Source: Eledone cirrhosa
Lineage: Eukaryota
Direction: 5' to 3'
DNA: 64,000 nucleotides
NCBI GenBank assembly: GCA_964016885.1
Contig: OZ024741.1
Location: forward strand, 115,630,001 to 115,694,000
Below are positions 12,721-28,000 of the stretch, in pieces; position 1 is the stretch's first letter; each line of letters begins with the position of its first letter. The translations under genes were made by a program, and so were the position numbers. The notes beneath the pieces were generated by a model. The model did no database searches and was not told the origin of the DNA. It saw only the letters and a program-made list of their open reading frames with translations.

Positions 12721-15700
12721 AATATAGATATAACTCTGATTGAAAGATTTTGTTGAGGTAGGGGTTACATTTGTCATAGAATATAGATATAACTCTGCTT
12801 GAAAGATGTTCTTGTGGCAGGGGTTACATTTGTCATAGAATATAGATATATCTCTAATTGAAAGATGTTCTTGAGTAGGGGTTATATTTGTCATAGAATA
12901 TAGACATAACCCTGATCGAAAGATGTTCTTGAGGTGGGGGTTACATTTGTCATAGAATATAGGTATAACTCTTATTGAAATATTATCTTGAGGTAGGAGT
13001 AACATTTGTCGTAGAATATAGATATAACTCTGATTGAAAGATGTTCTTGAGATGGGGGTTACATTTGTCATAGAATATAGATATAACTCTGAATGAAATA
13101 CGTACTTGAAGTAGGGGTTACATTTGTCATAGAATATAGATATAACTCTGAATGAAATACGTACTTGAGGTAGGTGTTACATTTGTCATAGAATATAGAT
13201 ATAACCCAGATTGAAAGATTTTGTTGAGGTGGGGGTTACATTTGTCATAGAATATAGATATAACTCTGATTGAAATATTTTGTTGAGGTGGGGGTTACAT
13301 TTGTCGTAGAATATAGATATAACACTGATTGAAAGATATTCTTGAGGTTGGGGTTACATTTGTCATAGAATATATATATTACTCTGATAGAAAGATGATC
13401 TTGAGGTAGGGGTTACATTTGTTATAGAATATAGATATAACTCTGATTGAAAGATGTTCTTGAGATGGGGGTTACATTTGTCATAGAATATAGATGTAAC
13501 TCTGATTGAAAGATGTTCTTGGGGTGGGGGTTACATTTGTAATAGAATATAGATATAACTCTGATTGAAAGATGTTCTTGAGGTGGGGGGTTACATTTGT
13601 CATAGAATATATATATAACTCTGATAGAAAGATATTCTTGAGGTTGGGGTTACATTTGTCATAGAATATAGATATAACTCTGATTGAAAGATGTTCTGGA
13701 GGTGGGGTTACATTTGTCATAGAATATAGATATAACTCAGACTAAAAGATGATCTTGAGGTAGGGGTTACATTTGTCATAGAATATAGATGTAACTCTGA
13801 TTGAAAGATGTTCTTGGGGTGGGGGTTACATTTGTCATAGAATATAGATGTAACTCTGATTGAAAGATGTTCTTGAGGTGGGGGTTACATTTGTCATAGA
13901 ATATAGATATAACTCTGATAGAAAGATGTTCTTGGGGAAGGGGTTACATTTGTCGTAGAATATACATATAATTCTGACTGAAAGATGTTCTTGAGGTGGG
14001 GGTTACATTTGTCATAGAACATAGATATAACTCTGACTGAAAGATGTTCTTGAGGTGGGGGTTACATTTGTCATAGAATATAGATATAACTCTGATGGAA
14101 AGTTGTTCTTGGGGTAGGGGTTACATTTGTCATAGAATATACATATAATTCTGACTGAAATATATTCTTGAGGTAGGGGTTACATTTGTCATAGAAAATT
14201 GATATAACTCTGATAGAAAGTTGTTCTTGGGGTAGGGGTTACATTTGTCATAGAATATAGATATAACTCTGACTGAAAGATATTATTGAGGTAGGGGTTA
14301 CAATTGTCATAGAATATAGATATAACTCTGATCGAAAGATATACTTGAGGTGGGGGTTACATTTGTCATAGAATATAGATATAACTCTGATTGAACGATA
14401 TACTGAAGGTGAGGGTTACATTTCTCATGGAATATAGATATAACTCTGATTGAAAGATGTTCTTGAGTTGGGGTTACATTTGTCATAGGATATAGATATA
14501 ACCCTGATGGAAAGATGTTCTTGAGGTGGGGGTTACATTTGTCATAGAATATAGATGTAACTCTGTTTGAAAGATGTGGTTGAGGTGGGGGTTACATTCG
14601 TCATAGAATATAGATATAACTCAGACTAAAAGATGATCTTGAGGTAGGGGTTACATTTGTCATAGAATATAGATGTAACTCTGATTGAAAGATGTTCTTG
14701 GGGTGGGGGTTACATTTGTCATAGAATATAGATGTAACTCTGATTGAAAGATGTTCTTGAGGTAGGGGTTACATTTGTCGTAGAATATACATATAATTCT
14801 GACTGAAAGATGTTCTTGAGGTGGGGGTTACATTTGTCATAGAACATAGATATAACTCTGACTGAAGGATGTTCTTGAGGTGGGGGTTACATTTGTCATA
14901 GAATATAGATATAACTCTGATAGAAAGTTGTTCTTGGGGTAGGGGTTACATTTGTCATAGAATATACATATAATTCTGACTGAAATATATTCTTGAGGTA
15001 GGGGTTCCATTTGTCATAGAAGATTGATATAACTCTGATCGAAAGATATACTTGAGGTGGGGGATACATTTGTCATAGAATATAGATATAACTCAGATTG
15101 AAAGATGTTCTTGAGGTGAGGGTTACATTTCTCATGGAATATAGATATAACTCTGATAGAAACATGTTCTTGAGGTGGGGGTTACATTTGTCATAGAATA
15201 TAGATATAACTCTGACTGAAAGATGTTCTTGAGGTGGGGGTTACATTTGTCATAGAATATAGATATAACTCTGATAGAAAGATGTTCTTGGGGTAGGGGT
15301 TACATTTGTCATAGAATATATATATAACTCTGTTTGAAAGATGTTCTTGAGGTGGGGGTTACATTTGTCATAGAATATAGATATAACTCTGATCGAAAGA
15401 TATACTTGAGGTGGGGGATACATTTGTCATAGAATATAGATATAACTCAGATTGAAAGATGTTCTTGAGGTGAGGGTTACATTTCTCATGGAATATAGAT
15501 ATAACTCTGATTGAAAGATGTTCTTGAGTTGGGGTTACATTTGTCATAGGACATAGATATAACCCTGATGGAAAGATGTTCTTGAGGTGGGGGTTACATT
15601 TGTCATAGAATATAGATATAATTCTGATTGAAAGATTTTGTTGAGGTAGGGGTTACATTTGTCATAGAATATAGATATAACTCTGATTGAAAAATTTTGT

Positions 15701-16799
15701 TGGGGTGGGGGTTACATTTGTCATAGAATATAGATATAGCTCTGATAGAAAGATGTTCTTGAGGTGGGGGTTACATTTGTCATAGAATATAGATATAACC
15801 CTGATTGAAAGATGTTCTGGAGGTGGGGTTACATTTGTCATAGAATATAGATATAACTCAGACTAAAAGATTATCTTGAGGTAGGGGTTACATTTGTTAT
15901 AGAATATAGATATAACCCTGATTGAAAGATGTTCTTGAGGTGGTGGTTACATTTGTCATAGAATATATATATAACTCTGATTGAAAGACGTTCTTGAGGT
16001 GGAGGTTACATTTGTCATAGAATATAGATATAACTCTAATTGAAAGATGTTCTTGAGTTGGGGGTTACATTTGTCATAGAATATAGATATAACTCTGATT
16101 GAAAGATGTTCTTGAGGTGGGGGTTACAATTGTCATAGAATATAGATATAACTCTGATTGAAAGATGTTCTTGAGGTGGGGGTTACATTTGTCATAGAAT
16201 ACAGATATAACCCAGAATGAAAGATGTTCTTGAGGTGGGGGTTACATTTGTCATAGAATATAGATATAACTCTGATTGAAAGATGTTCTTGAGGTGGGAG
16301 TTACATTTGTCATAGAATATAGATATAACTCTGACTGAAAGATGTTCTTGAGGTAGGGGTTACATTTGTCATAGAATATACATATAATTCTGACTGAAAA
16401 ATGTTCTTGAGGTGGGGGTTACATTTGTCATAGAATATAGATATAACTCGGATAGAAAGATGTTCTTGGGTTAGGGGTTATATTTGTCGTAGAATATACA
16501 TATAATTCTGACTGAAAGATGATCTTGAGGTGGGGGTTACATTTGTCATAGAATATAGTTATAACTCTGAGTGAAAGATGTTCTTGAGGTGGGGGTTACA
16601 TTTGTCATAGAATATAGATATAACTCTGATAGAAAGATGTTATTGGGATAGGGGTTACATTTGTCATAGAATATACATATAATTCTGACTGAAAGATGTT
16701 CTTGAGGTGGGGATTACATTTGTCATAGAATATAGATATAACTATGAGTGAAAGATGTTCTTGAGGTGGGGGTTACATTTGTCATAGAATATAGATATA

Positions 16800-19700
16800 A
16801 CTCTGATAGAAAGATGTTCTTGGGGTAGGGGTTACATTTGTCATAGAATATAGATATAACTCTGATAGAAAGTTATCCTTGGGGTAGGGGTTACATTTGT
16901 CATAGAATATACATATAATTCTGACTGAAAGATGTTCTTGAGGTGGGGTTACATTTGTCATAGAACATAGATATAACTCTGACTGAAAGATGTTCTTGAG
17001 GTGGGGGTTACATTTGTCATAGAATATAGATATAACTCTGATAGAAAGTTGTTCTTGGGGTAGGGGTTACATTTGTCATAGAATGTACATATAATTCTGA
17101 CTGAAATATATTCTTGAGGTGGGGGTTACATTTGTCATAGAAAATTGATATAACTCTGATAGAAAGTTGTTCCTGGGGTAGGGGTTACATTTGTCATAGA
17201 ATATAGATATAACTCTGACTGAAAGATATTCTTGAGTTGGGGTTACATTTGTCATAGGATATAGATATAACTCTGATTGAAAGATGTTCTTGAGGTGGAG
17301 GTTACATTTGTCATAGAATATAGATATAACTCTGATTGAAAGATGTTCTTGAGTTGGGGTTACATTTGTCATAGGATATAGATATAACCCTGATGGAAAG
17401 ATGTTCTTGAGGTGGGGGTTACATTTGTCATAGAATATAGATATAACTCTGATTGAAAGATTTTGTTGAGGTAGGGCTACATTTGTCATAGAATATAGAT
17501 ATAACTCTGCTTGAAAGATGTTCTTGTGGCAGGGGTTACATTTGTCATAGAATATAGATATATCTCTAATTGAAAGATGTTCTTGAGTAGGGGTTACATT
17601 TGTCATAGAATATAGACATAACCCTGATCGAAAGATGTTCTTGAGGTGGGGGTTACATTTGTCATAGAATATAGGTATAACTCTTATTGAAATATTATCT
17701 TGAGGTAGGGGTAACATTTGTCATAGAATATAGATATAACTCTGACTGAAAGATGTTCTTGAGGTGGGGGTTACATTTGTCATAGAATATAGATATAACT
17801 CTGATTGAAAGATGTTCTTGAGATGGAGGTTACATTTGTCATAGAATATAGATATAACTCTGATTGAAAGATTTTGTTGAGGTGGGGGTTACATTTGTCG
17901 TAGAATATAGATATAACACTGATTGAAAGATTTTGTTGAGGTGGGGGTTACATTTGTCATAGAATATAGATATAACTCTGATTGAAAGATTTTGTAGAGG
18001 TGGGGCGTTATTTTGTCATAGAATATAGATATAACTCTGATAGAAAGATGATCTTGAGGTAGGGTTACATTTGTTATAGAATATAGATATAACTCTGATT
18101 GAAAGATGTTCTTGGGGTGGGGGTTACATTTGTCATAGAATATAGATATAACTCTGATAGAAAGATGTTCTTGGGGTAGGGGTTACATTTGTCATAGAAT
18201 ATACATATAATTCTGACTGAAAGATGTTCTTGAGGTGGGGGTTACATTTGGCATAGAATATAAATATAACTCTGACTGAAAGATGTTCTTGAGGTGGGGG
18301 TTACATTTGTCATAGAATATAGTTATAACTCTGTCTGAAAGATGTTCTTGAGGTGGGGGTTAAATTTGTCATAGAATATAGATATAACTCTGATAGAAAG
18401 ATGTTCTTGGGGTAGGGGTTACATTTGTGATAGAATATAGATATAACTCTGATCGAAAGATATACTTGAGGTGGGGGTTACATTTGTCATAGGATATAGA
18501 TATAACCCTGATGGAAAGATGTTCTTGAGGTGGGGGTTACATTTGTCATAGAATATAGGTATAACTCTTATTGAAATATTATCTTGAGGTAGGGTTAACA
18601 TTTGTCATAGAATATAGATATAACTCTGAGTGAAAGATGTGCTTGAGTTAGGGGGGTTACATTTGTCATAGAATTACAGATATAACTCTGTTTGAAAGAT
18701 GTTCTTGTGGTAGGGGTTACATTTGTCATAGAATATAGATATATCTCTGAATGAAAGATGTTCTTGAGGTAAGGGTTACATTTGTCATAGAATATAGACA
18801 TAACCCTGATTGAAAGATGTTCTTGAGGTGGGGGTTACATTTGTCATAGAATATAGATATAACTCTGATTGAAAGATGTGGTTGAGTTAGGGGTTACATT
18901 TGTCATAGAATATAGATATAACCCTGATTGAAAGATTTTGTTGAGGTGGGGGTTACATTTGTCATAGAATATAGATATAACTCTGATTGAAAGATTTTGT
19001 TGAGGTGGGGGTTACATTTGTCATAGAATATATATATAACTCTGATTGAAAGATTTTGTTGAGGTGGGGGTTACATTTGTCATAGAATATAGAGATAACT
19101 CTGATAGAAAGATTTTGTTGAGGTGGGGGTTACATTTGTCATAGAATATAGATATAACTCTGATTGAAAGATGTGGTTGAGTAAGGGGTTACATTTGTCA
19201 TAGAATATAGATATAACCCTGATTGAAAGATTTTGTTGAGGTGGGGGTTACATTTGTCATATAATATAGATATAACTCTGATTGAAAGATTTTGTTGAGG
19301 TGGGGGTTACATTTGTCATAGAATATAGATATAACTCTGATTGAAAGATTTTGTTGAGGTGGGGGTTACATTTGTCATAGAATATAGATATAACTCTGAT
19401 AGAAAGATTTTGTTGAGGTGGGGGTTACATTTGTCATAGAATATAGATATAACTCTGATTGAAAGATGTTCTTGGGGTAGGGGTTACATTTGTCATAGAA
19501 TAAACATATAATTCTGACTGAAAAATGTTCTTGAGGTGGGGGTTACATTTGTCATAGAATATAGATATAACTCGGATAGAAAGATGTTCTTGGGGTAGGG
19601 GTTATATTTGTCGTAGAATATACATATAATTCTGACTGAAAGATGTTCTTGAGGTGGGGGTTACATTTGTCATAGAATATAGTTATAACTCTGAGTGAAA

Positions 19701-21420
19701 GATGTTCTTGAGGTGGGGGTTACATTTGTCATAGAATATAGATATAACTCTGATAGAAAGATGTTCTTGGGGTAGGGGTTACATTTGTCATAGAATATAC
19801 ATATAATTCTGACTGAAAGATGTTCTTGAGGTGGGGATTACATTTGTCATAGAATATAGATATAACTCTGAGTGAAAGATGTTCATGAGGTGGGGGTTAC
19901 ATTTGTCATAGAATATAGATATAACTCTGATAGAAAGATGTTCTTGGGGTAGGGGTTACATTTGTCATAGAATATACATATAATTCTGACTGAAAGATGT
20001 TCTTGAGGTGGGGGTTACATTTGTCATAGAACATAGATATAACTCTGACTGAAAGATGTTCTTGAGGTGGGGGTTACATTTGTCATAGAATATAGATATA
20101 ACTCTGATAGAAAGATGTTCTTGGGGTAGGGGTTACATTTGTCATAGAATATAGATATAACTCTCATAGAAAGTTATCCTTGGAGTAGGGGTTACATTTG
20201 TCATAGAATATACATATAATTCTGACTGAAAGATGTTCTTGAGGTGGGGGTTACATTTGTCATAGAACTTAGATATAACTCTGACTGAAAGATGTTCTTG
20301 AGGTGGGGGTTACATTTGTCATAGAATATAGATATAACTCTGATAGAAAGTTGTTCTTGGGGTAGGGGTTACATTTGTCATAGAATATATATATAATTCT
20401 GACTGAAATATATTCTTGAGGTGGGGGTTACATTTGTCATAAAAAATTGATATAACTCTGATAGAAAGTTGTTCCTGGGGTAGGGGTTACATTTGTCATA
20501 GAATATAGATATAACTCTGACTGAAAGATATTCTTGAGTTGGGGTTACATTTGTCATAGGATATAGATATAACTCTGATTGAAAGATATACTTGAGGTGA
20601 GGGTTACATTTCTCATGGAATATAGATATAACTCTGATTGAAAGATGTTCTTGAGTTGGGGTTACATTTGTCATAGGATATAGATATAACCCTGATGGAA
20701 AGATGTTCTTGAAGTGGGGGTTACATTTGTCAAAGAATATAGATATAACTCTGATTGAAAGATTTTGTTGAGGTAGGGGCTACATTTGTCATAGAATATA
20801 GATATAACTCTGCTTGAAAGATGTTCTTGTGGCAGGGGTTACATTTGTCATAGAATATAGATATATCTCTAATTGAAAGATGTTCTTGAGTAGGGGTTAC
20901 ATTTGTCATAGAATATAGACATAACCCTGATCGAAAGATGTTCTTGAGGTGGGGGTTACATTTGTCATAGAATATAGGTATAACTCTTATTGAAATATTA
21001 TCTTGAGGTAGGGGTAACATTTGTCATAGAATATAGATATAACTCTGAGTGAAAGATGTGCTTGAGGTAGGGGTTACATTTGTCATAGAATATAGATATA
21101 ACTCTGATTGAAAGATGTTCTTGAGATGGGGGTTACATTTGTCATAGAATATAGATATAACTCTGATTGAAAGATTTTGTTGAGGTGGGGGTTACATTTG
21201 TCGTAGAATATAGATATAACACTGATTGAAAGATTTTGTTGAGGTGGGGGTTACATTTGTCATAGAATATAGATATAACTCTGATTGAAAGATTTTGTTG
21301 AGGTGGGGGGTTACATTTGTCATAGAATATAGATATAACTCTGATAGAAAGATGATCTTGAGGTAGGGTTACATTTGTTATAGAATATAGATATAACTCT
21401 GATTGAAAGATGTTATTGAG
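16800..21420 (+). repeat. Diverged duplication at about +3303 bp (56 monomers)
   Basis: Shared rare variants ttatccttgg (~16875/~20177), gttcctgggg (~17170/~20472) and tgtggcagggg (17525/20828). The ORF starts at 17717 and 21020 are 3303 apart. Several substitutions separate the copies. Confidence 0.75.
18840..19440 (+). repeat. Local 5-monomer duplication (295 bp) dominated by GATTTTGTTGAGG-type monomers
   Basis: gaaagatgtggttgagt occurs at 18871 and 19166, each followed by a taaccc monomer and four gattttgttgagg monomers in total. Confidence 0.8.
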
Positions 21421-22066
21421 GTGGGGGTTACATTTGTCATAGAATATAGATATAACCCTGATTGAAAGATATTCTGGAGGTGGGGTTACATTTGTCATAG
21501 AATATAGATATAACTCAGACTAAAAGATGATCTTGAGGTAGGGGTTACATTTGTCATAGAATATAGATGTAACTCTGATTGAAAGATGTTCTTGGGGTGG
21601 GGGTTACATTTGTCATAGAATATAGATATAACTCTGATAGAAAGATATTCTTGGGGTAGGGGTTACATTTGTCGTAGAATATACATATAATTCTGACTGA
21701 AAGATGTTCTTGAGGTGGGGGTTACATTTGTCATAGAACATAGATATAACTCTGACTGAAAGATGTTCTTGAGGTATGGGTTACATTTGTCATAGAATAT
21801 AGATATAACGCTGATAGAAAGTTGTTCTTGGGGTAGGGGTTACATTTGTCATAGAATATACATATAATTCTGACTGAAAGATGTTCTTGAGGTGGGGGTT
21901 ACATTTGTCATAGAATATAGATATAACTCTGAGTGAAAGATGTTCTTGAGGTGGGGGTTACATTTGGCATAGAATATAAATATAACTCTGTCTGAAAGAT
22001 GTTCTTGAGGTGGGGGTTACATTTGTCATACAATATAGATATAACTCTGATAGAAAGATGTTCTTG

Positions 22067-25000
22067 GGGTAGGGGTTACATTTGTGATAGAATATAGATA
22101 TAACTCTGATCGAAAGATATACTTGAGGTGGGGGTTACATTTGTCATAGAATATAGATATAACTCAGATTGAAAGATGTTCTTGAGGTGACGGTTACATT
22201 TGTCATAGAATATAGGTATAACTCTTATTGAAATATTATCTTGAGGTAGGGTTAACATTTGTCATAGAATATAGATATAACTCTGAGTGAAAGATGTGCT
22301 TGAGTTAGGGGGGTTACATTTGTCATAGAATTACAGATATAACTCTGTTTGAAAGATGTTCTTGTGGTAGGGGTTACATTTGTCATAGAATATAGATATA
22401 TCTCTGAATGAAAGATGTTCTTGAGGTAAGGGTTACATTTGTCATAGAATATAGACATAACCCTGATCGAAAGATGTTCTTGAGGTGGGGGTTACATTTG
22501 TCATAGAATATAGATATAACTCTGATTGAAAGATGTGTTTGAGTTAGGGGTTACATTTGTCATAGAATATAGATATAACCCTGATTGAAAGATTTTGTTG
22601 AGGTGGGGGTTACATTTGTCATAGAATATAGATATAACTCTGATTGAAAGATGTTCTTGAGGTGGCGGTTACATTTGTCATAGAATAAAGATATAACTCT
22701 GATTGAAAGATGTTCTTGAGGTGGGGGTTGCATTTGTCATAGAATATAGTTATAACTCTGATTGAAAGATGTTCTAGAGGTGGGGGTTACATTTGTCATA
22801 GAATATAGATATAACCCTGATTGAAAGATGTTCTGGAGGTGGCTTATATTTGTCATAGAATATAGATATAACTCAGACAAAAAGATGATCTTGAGGTAGG
22901 GGTTACATTTGTCATAGAATATAGATGTAACTCTGATTGAAAGATGTTCTTGGGGTGGGGGTTACATTTGTCATAGAATATAGATGTAACTCTGATTGAA
23001 AGATGTCCTTGAGGTGGGGGTTACATTTGTCATAGAATATAGATATAACTCTGATAGAAAGATGTTCTTGGGGTAGGGGTTACATTTGTCGTAGAATATA
23101 CATATAATTCTGACTGAAAGATGTTCTTGAGGTGGGGGTTACATTTGTGATAGAACATAGATATAACTCTGACTGAAAAATGTTCTTGAGGTGGGGGTTA
23201 CATTTGTCATAGAATATAGATATAACTCTGATAGAAAGTTGTTCTTGGGGTCGGGGTTACATTTGTCATAGAATATACATATAATTCTGACTGAAAGATG
23301 TTCTTGAGGTGGGGGTTACATTTGTCATAGAATATAGATATAACTCTGATAGAAAGTTGTTCTTGGGGTAGGGGTTACATTTGTCATAGAATATACATAT
23401 AATTCTGACTGAAAGATGTTATTGAGGTGGGGGTTACATTTGTCATAGAATATAGATATAACTCTGAGTGAAAGATGTTCTTGAGGTGGGGGTTACATTT
23501 GTCATAGAATATAGTTATAACTCTGATTGAAAGATGTTCTTGAGGTGGGGGTTAAATTTGTCATAGAATATAGATATAACTCTGATAGAAAGATGTTCTT
23601 GGGGTAGGAGTTACATTTGTCATAGAATATAGATATAACTGTGATCGAAAGATATACTTGAGGTGGGGGTTACATTTGTCATAGAATATAGATATAACTC
23701 AGATTGAAAGATGTTCTTGAGGAGACGGTTACATTTGTCATAGAATATAGATATAACTCTGATTGAAAGATGTTCTTGAGTTGGGGTTACATTTGTCATA
23801 GGATATAGATAAAACCCTGATGGAAAGATGTTCTTGAGGTGGGGGTTACATTTGTCATAGAATATAGGTATAACTCTTATTGAAATATTATCTTGAGGTA
23901 GGGGTAACATTTGTCATAGAATATAGATATAACTCTGAGTGAAAGATGTGCTTGAGTTAGGGGGGTTACATTTGTCATAGAATATAGATATAACTCTGAT
24001 TGAAAGATGTACTTGAAGTAGGGGTTACATTTGTCATAGAATATAGATATAACTCTGATTGAAAGATGTTCTTGAGATGGGGGTTACATTTGTCATAGAA
24101 TATAGATATATCTCTGAATGAAATACGTACTTGAAGTAGGGGTTACATTTGTCATAGAATATAGATATAACTCTGATTGAAAGATGTTCTTGAGGTGGGG
24201 GTTACATTTGTCATAGAATGTAGATATAACTCTGATTGAAAGATGTGGTTGAGTTAGGGGTTACATTTGTCATAGAATATAGATATAACCCTGATTGAAA
24301 GATTTTGTTGAGGTGGGGGTTACATTTGTCATAGAATATAGATATAACTCTGATTGAAAGATATTGTTGAGGTGGGGTTACATTTGTCATAGAATATAGA
24401 TATAACTCTGATTGAAAGATTTTGCTGAGGTGGGGGTTACATTTGTCATAGAATATAGATATAACTCTGATTGAAAGATTTTGTTGAGGTGGGGGTTACA
24501 TTTGTCATAGAATATAGATATAACTCTGATAGAAAGATGATCTTGAGGTAGGGGTTACACTTGTCCTAGGATATAGATATAACCTTGATTGAAAGATGTT
24601 CTTGAGGTAGGGGTTACATTTGTCATAGAGTATAGATATAACTCTGTTTGAAAGATGTTCTTGAGATGGGGGTTACATTTGTCATAGAATATAGATATAA
24701 CTCCGACTGAATGATTTGGTTGAGTTAGGGTTACATTTGTCATAGAATATAGATATAACTCTGATTGAAAGATGTTCTTCAGGTGGGGGTTACATTTGTC
24801 ATAGAACATAGATATAACTCTGATTGAAAGGTTTTGTTGAGGTGGGGTTACATTTGTCATAGAATATAGATATAACTCTGACTGAAAGATGTTCTTGAGG
24901 TGGGGGTTACAATTGTCATAGAATACAGATATCACTCTGATTGAAAGATTATCTTGAGGTAGGGGTTACATTTGTCATAGAATATAGATATAACTCTGAT

Positions 25001-28000
25001 TGAAAGATTTTATTGAGGTGGGGGTTACATTTGTCATAGAATATAGATATAACTCTGATAGAAAGATGTGGTTGAGGTGAGGGTTACATTTGTCATAGAA
25101 TATAGATATAACTCTGATAGAAAGATGTTCTTGAGGTGGGGGTTACATTTGTCATAGAATATAGATATAACCCTGATTGAAAGATGTTCTGGAGGTGGGG
25201 TTACATTTGTCATAGAATATAGATATAACTCAGACTAAAAGATTATCTTGAGGTAGGGGTTACATTTGTTATAGAATATAGATATAACCCTGATTGAAAG
25301 ATATTCTTGAGGTGGGGGCTACATTTGTCATAGAATATAGATATATCTCTGATTGAAAGATGTTCTTGAGGTGGGGGTTACAATTGTCATAGAATATAGA
25401 TATAACTCTGATTGAAAGATGTTCTTGAGGTAGGGGTTACATTTGTCATAGAATATAGATATAACTCTGATAGAAAGATGTTCTTGGGGTAGGGGTTACA
25501 TTTGTCATAGAATATACATATAATTCTGACTGAAAGATGTTCTTGAGGTGGGGGTTACATTTGTCATAGAATATAGATATAACTCTGAGTGAAAGATGTT
25601 CTTGAGGTGGGGGTTACATTTGTCATAGAATATACATATAATTCTGACTGAAAAATCTTCTTGAGGTGGGGGTTACATTTGTCATAGAATATAGATATAA
25701 CTCTGATAGAAAGATGTTCTTGGGGTAGGGGTTACATTTGTCATAGAATATACATATAATTCTGACTGAAAGATGTTCTTGAGGTGGGGGTTACATTTGT
25801 CATAGAATATAGATATAACTCAGATTGAAAGATGTGGTTGAGGTGGGGGTTACATTCGTCATAGAATATACATATAATTCTGACTGAAAGATGTTCTTGA
25901 GGTGGGGGTTACATTTGTCATAAAATATAGATATAACTCTGTTTGAAAGATGTGGTTGAGGTGGGGGTTACATTCGTCATAGAATATAGATATAACCCTG
26001 ACTGAAAGATGTTCTTGAGGTGGGGGTTACATTTGTCATAGAATATAGATATAACTCTGATAGAAAGATGTTCTTGGGGTAGGGATTACATTTGTCATAG
26101 AATATAGATATAACTCTGATAGAAAGATGTTCTTGGGGTAGGGGTTACATTTGTCATAGAATATATATATAACTCTGTTTGAAAGATGTTTTGAGGTGGG
26201 GGTTACATTTGTCATAGAATATAGATATAACTCTGACTGAAAGATATTATTGAGGTAGGGGTTACAATTGTCATAGAATATAGATATAACTCTGATCGAA
26301 AGATATGCTTGAGGTGGGGGTTACATTTGTCATAGAATATAGATATAACTCAGATTGAAAGATGTTCTTGAGGTGAGGGTTACATTTCTCATGGAATATA
26401 GATATAACTCTGATTGAAAGATGTTCTTGAGTTGGGGTTACATTTGTCATAGGATATAGATATAACCCTGATGGAAAGATGTTCTTGATGTGGGGGTTAC
26501 ATTTGTCATAGAATATAGATATCATTCTGATTGAAAGATTTTGTTGAGGTAGGGGTTACATTTGTCATAGAATATAGATATAACTCTGATTGAAAGATTT
26601 TGTTGAGGTGGGGGTTACATTTGTCATAGAATATAGATATAACTCTGATAGAAAGATGTTCTTGAGGTGGGGGTTACATTTGTCATAGAATATAGATATA
26701 ACCCTGATTGAAAGATGTTCTGGAGGTGGGGTTACATTTGTCATAGAATATAGTTATAACTCAGACTAAAAGATTATCTTGAGGTAGGGGTTACATTTGT
26801 TATAGAATATAGATATAACCCTGATTGAAAGATGTTCTTGAGGTGTTGGTTACATTTGTCATAGAATATAGATATAACTCTGATAGAAAGATGTTCTTGA
26901 GGTGGGGGTTACATTTGTCATAGAATATAGATATAACTCTGATTGAAAGATGTTCTTGAGGTGGAGGTTACATTTGTCATAGAATATAGATATAACTCTA
27001 ATTGAAAGATTTTCTTGAGTTGGGGGTTACATTTGTCATAGAATATAGATATAACTCTGATTGAAAGATGTTCTTGAGGTGGGGGTTACAATTGTCATAG
27101 AATATAGATATAACTCTGATTGAAAGATGTTCTTGATGTGGGCGTTACATTTGTCAGAGAATATAGATATAACCCAGAATGAAAGATGTTCTTGAGGTGG
27201 GGGTTACATTTGTCATAGAATATAGATATAACTCTGATTGAAAGATGTTCTTGAGGTGGTAGTTACATTTGTCATAGAATATAGATATAACTCTGATTGA
27301 AAGATGTTCTTGAGGTGGGGGTTACATTTGTCATAGAATATACATATAATTCTGACTGAAAAATGTTCTTGAGGTGGGGGTTACATTTGTCATAGAATAT
27401 AGATATAACTCTGATAGAAAGATGTTCTTGGGGTAGGGGTTATATTTGTCGTAGAATATACATATAATTCTGACTGAAAGATGTTCTTGAGGTGGGGGTT
27501 ACATTTGTCATAGAATATAGTTATAACTCTGAGTGAAAGATGTTCTTGAGGTGGGGGTTACATTTGTCATAGAATATAGATACAACTCTGATAGAAACAT
27601 GTTCTTGGGGTAGGGGTTACATTTGTCATAGAATATACATATAATTCTGACTGAAAGATGTTCTTGAGGTGGGGGTTACATTTGTCATAGAACATAGATA
27701 TAACTCTGACTGAAAGATGTTCTTGAGGTGGGGGTTACATTTGTCATAGAATATAGATATAACTCTGATAGAAAGATGTTATTGGGGTAGGGGTTACATT
27801 TGTCATAGAATATAGATATAACTCTGATAGAAAGTTGTTCTTGGGGTAGGGGTTACATTTGTCATAGAATATACATATAATTCTGACTGAAAGATGTTCT
27901 TGAGGTGGGGGTTACATTTGTCATAGAACATAGATATAACTCTGACTGAAAGATGTTCTTGAGGTGGGTGTTACATTTGTCATAGAATATAGATATAACT

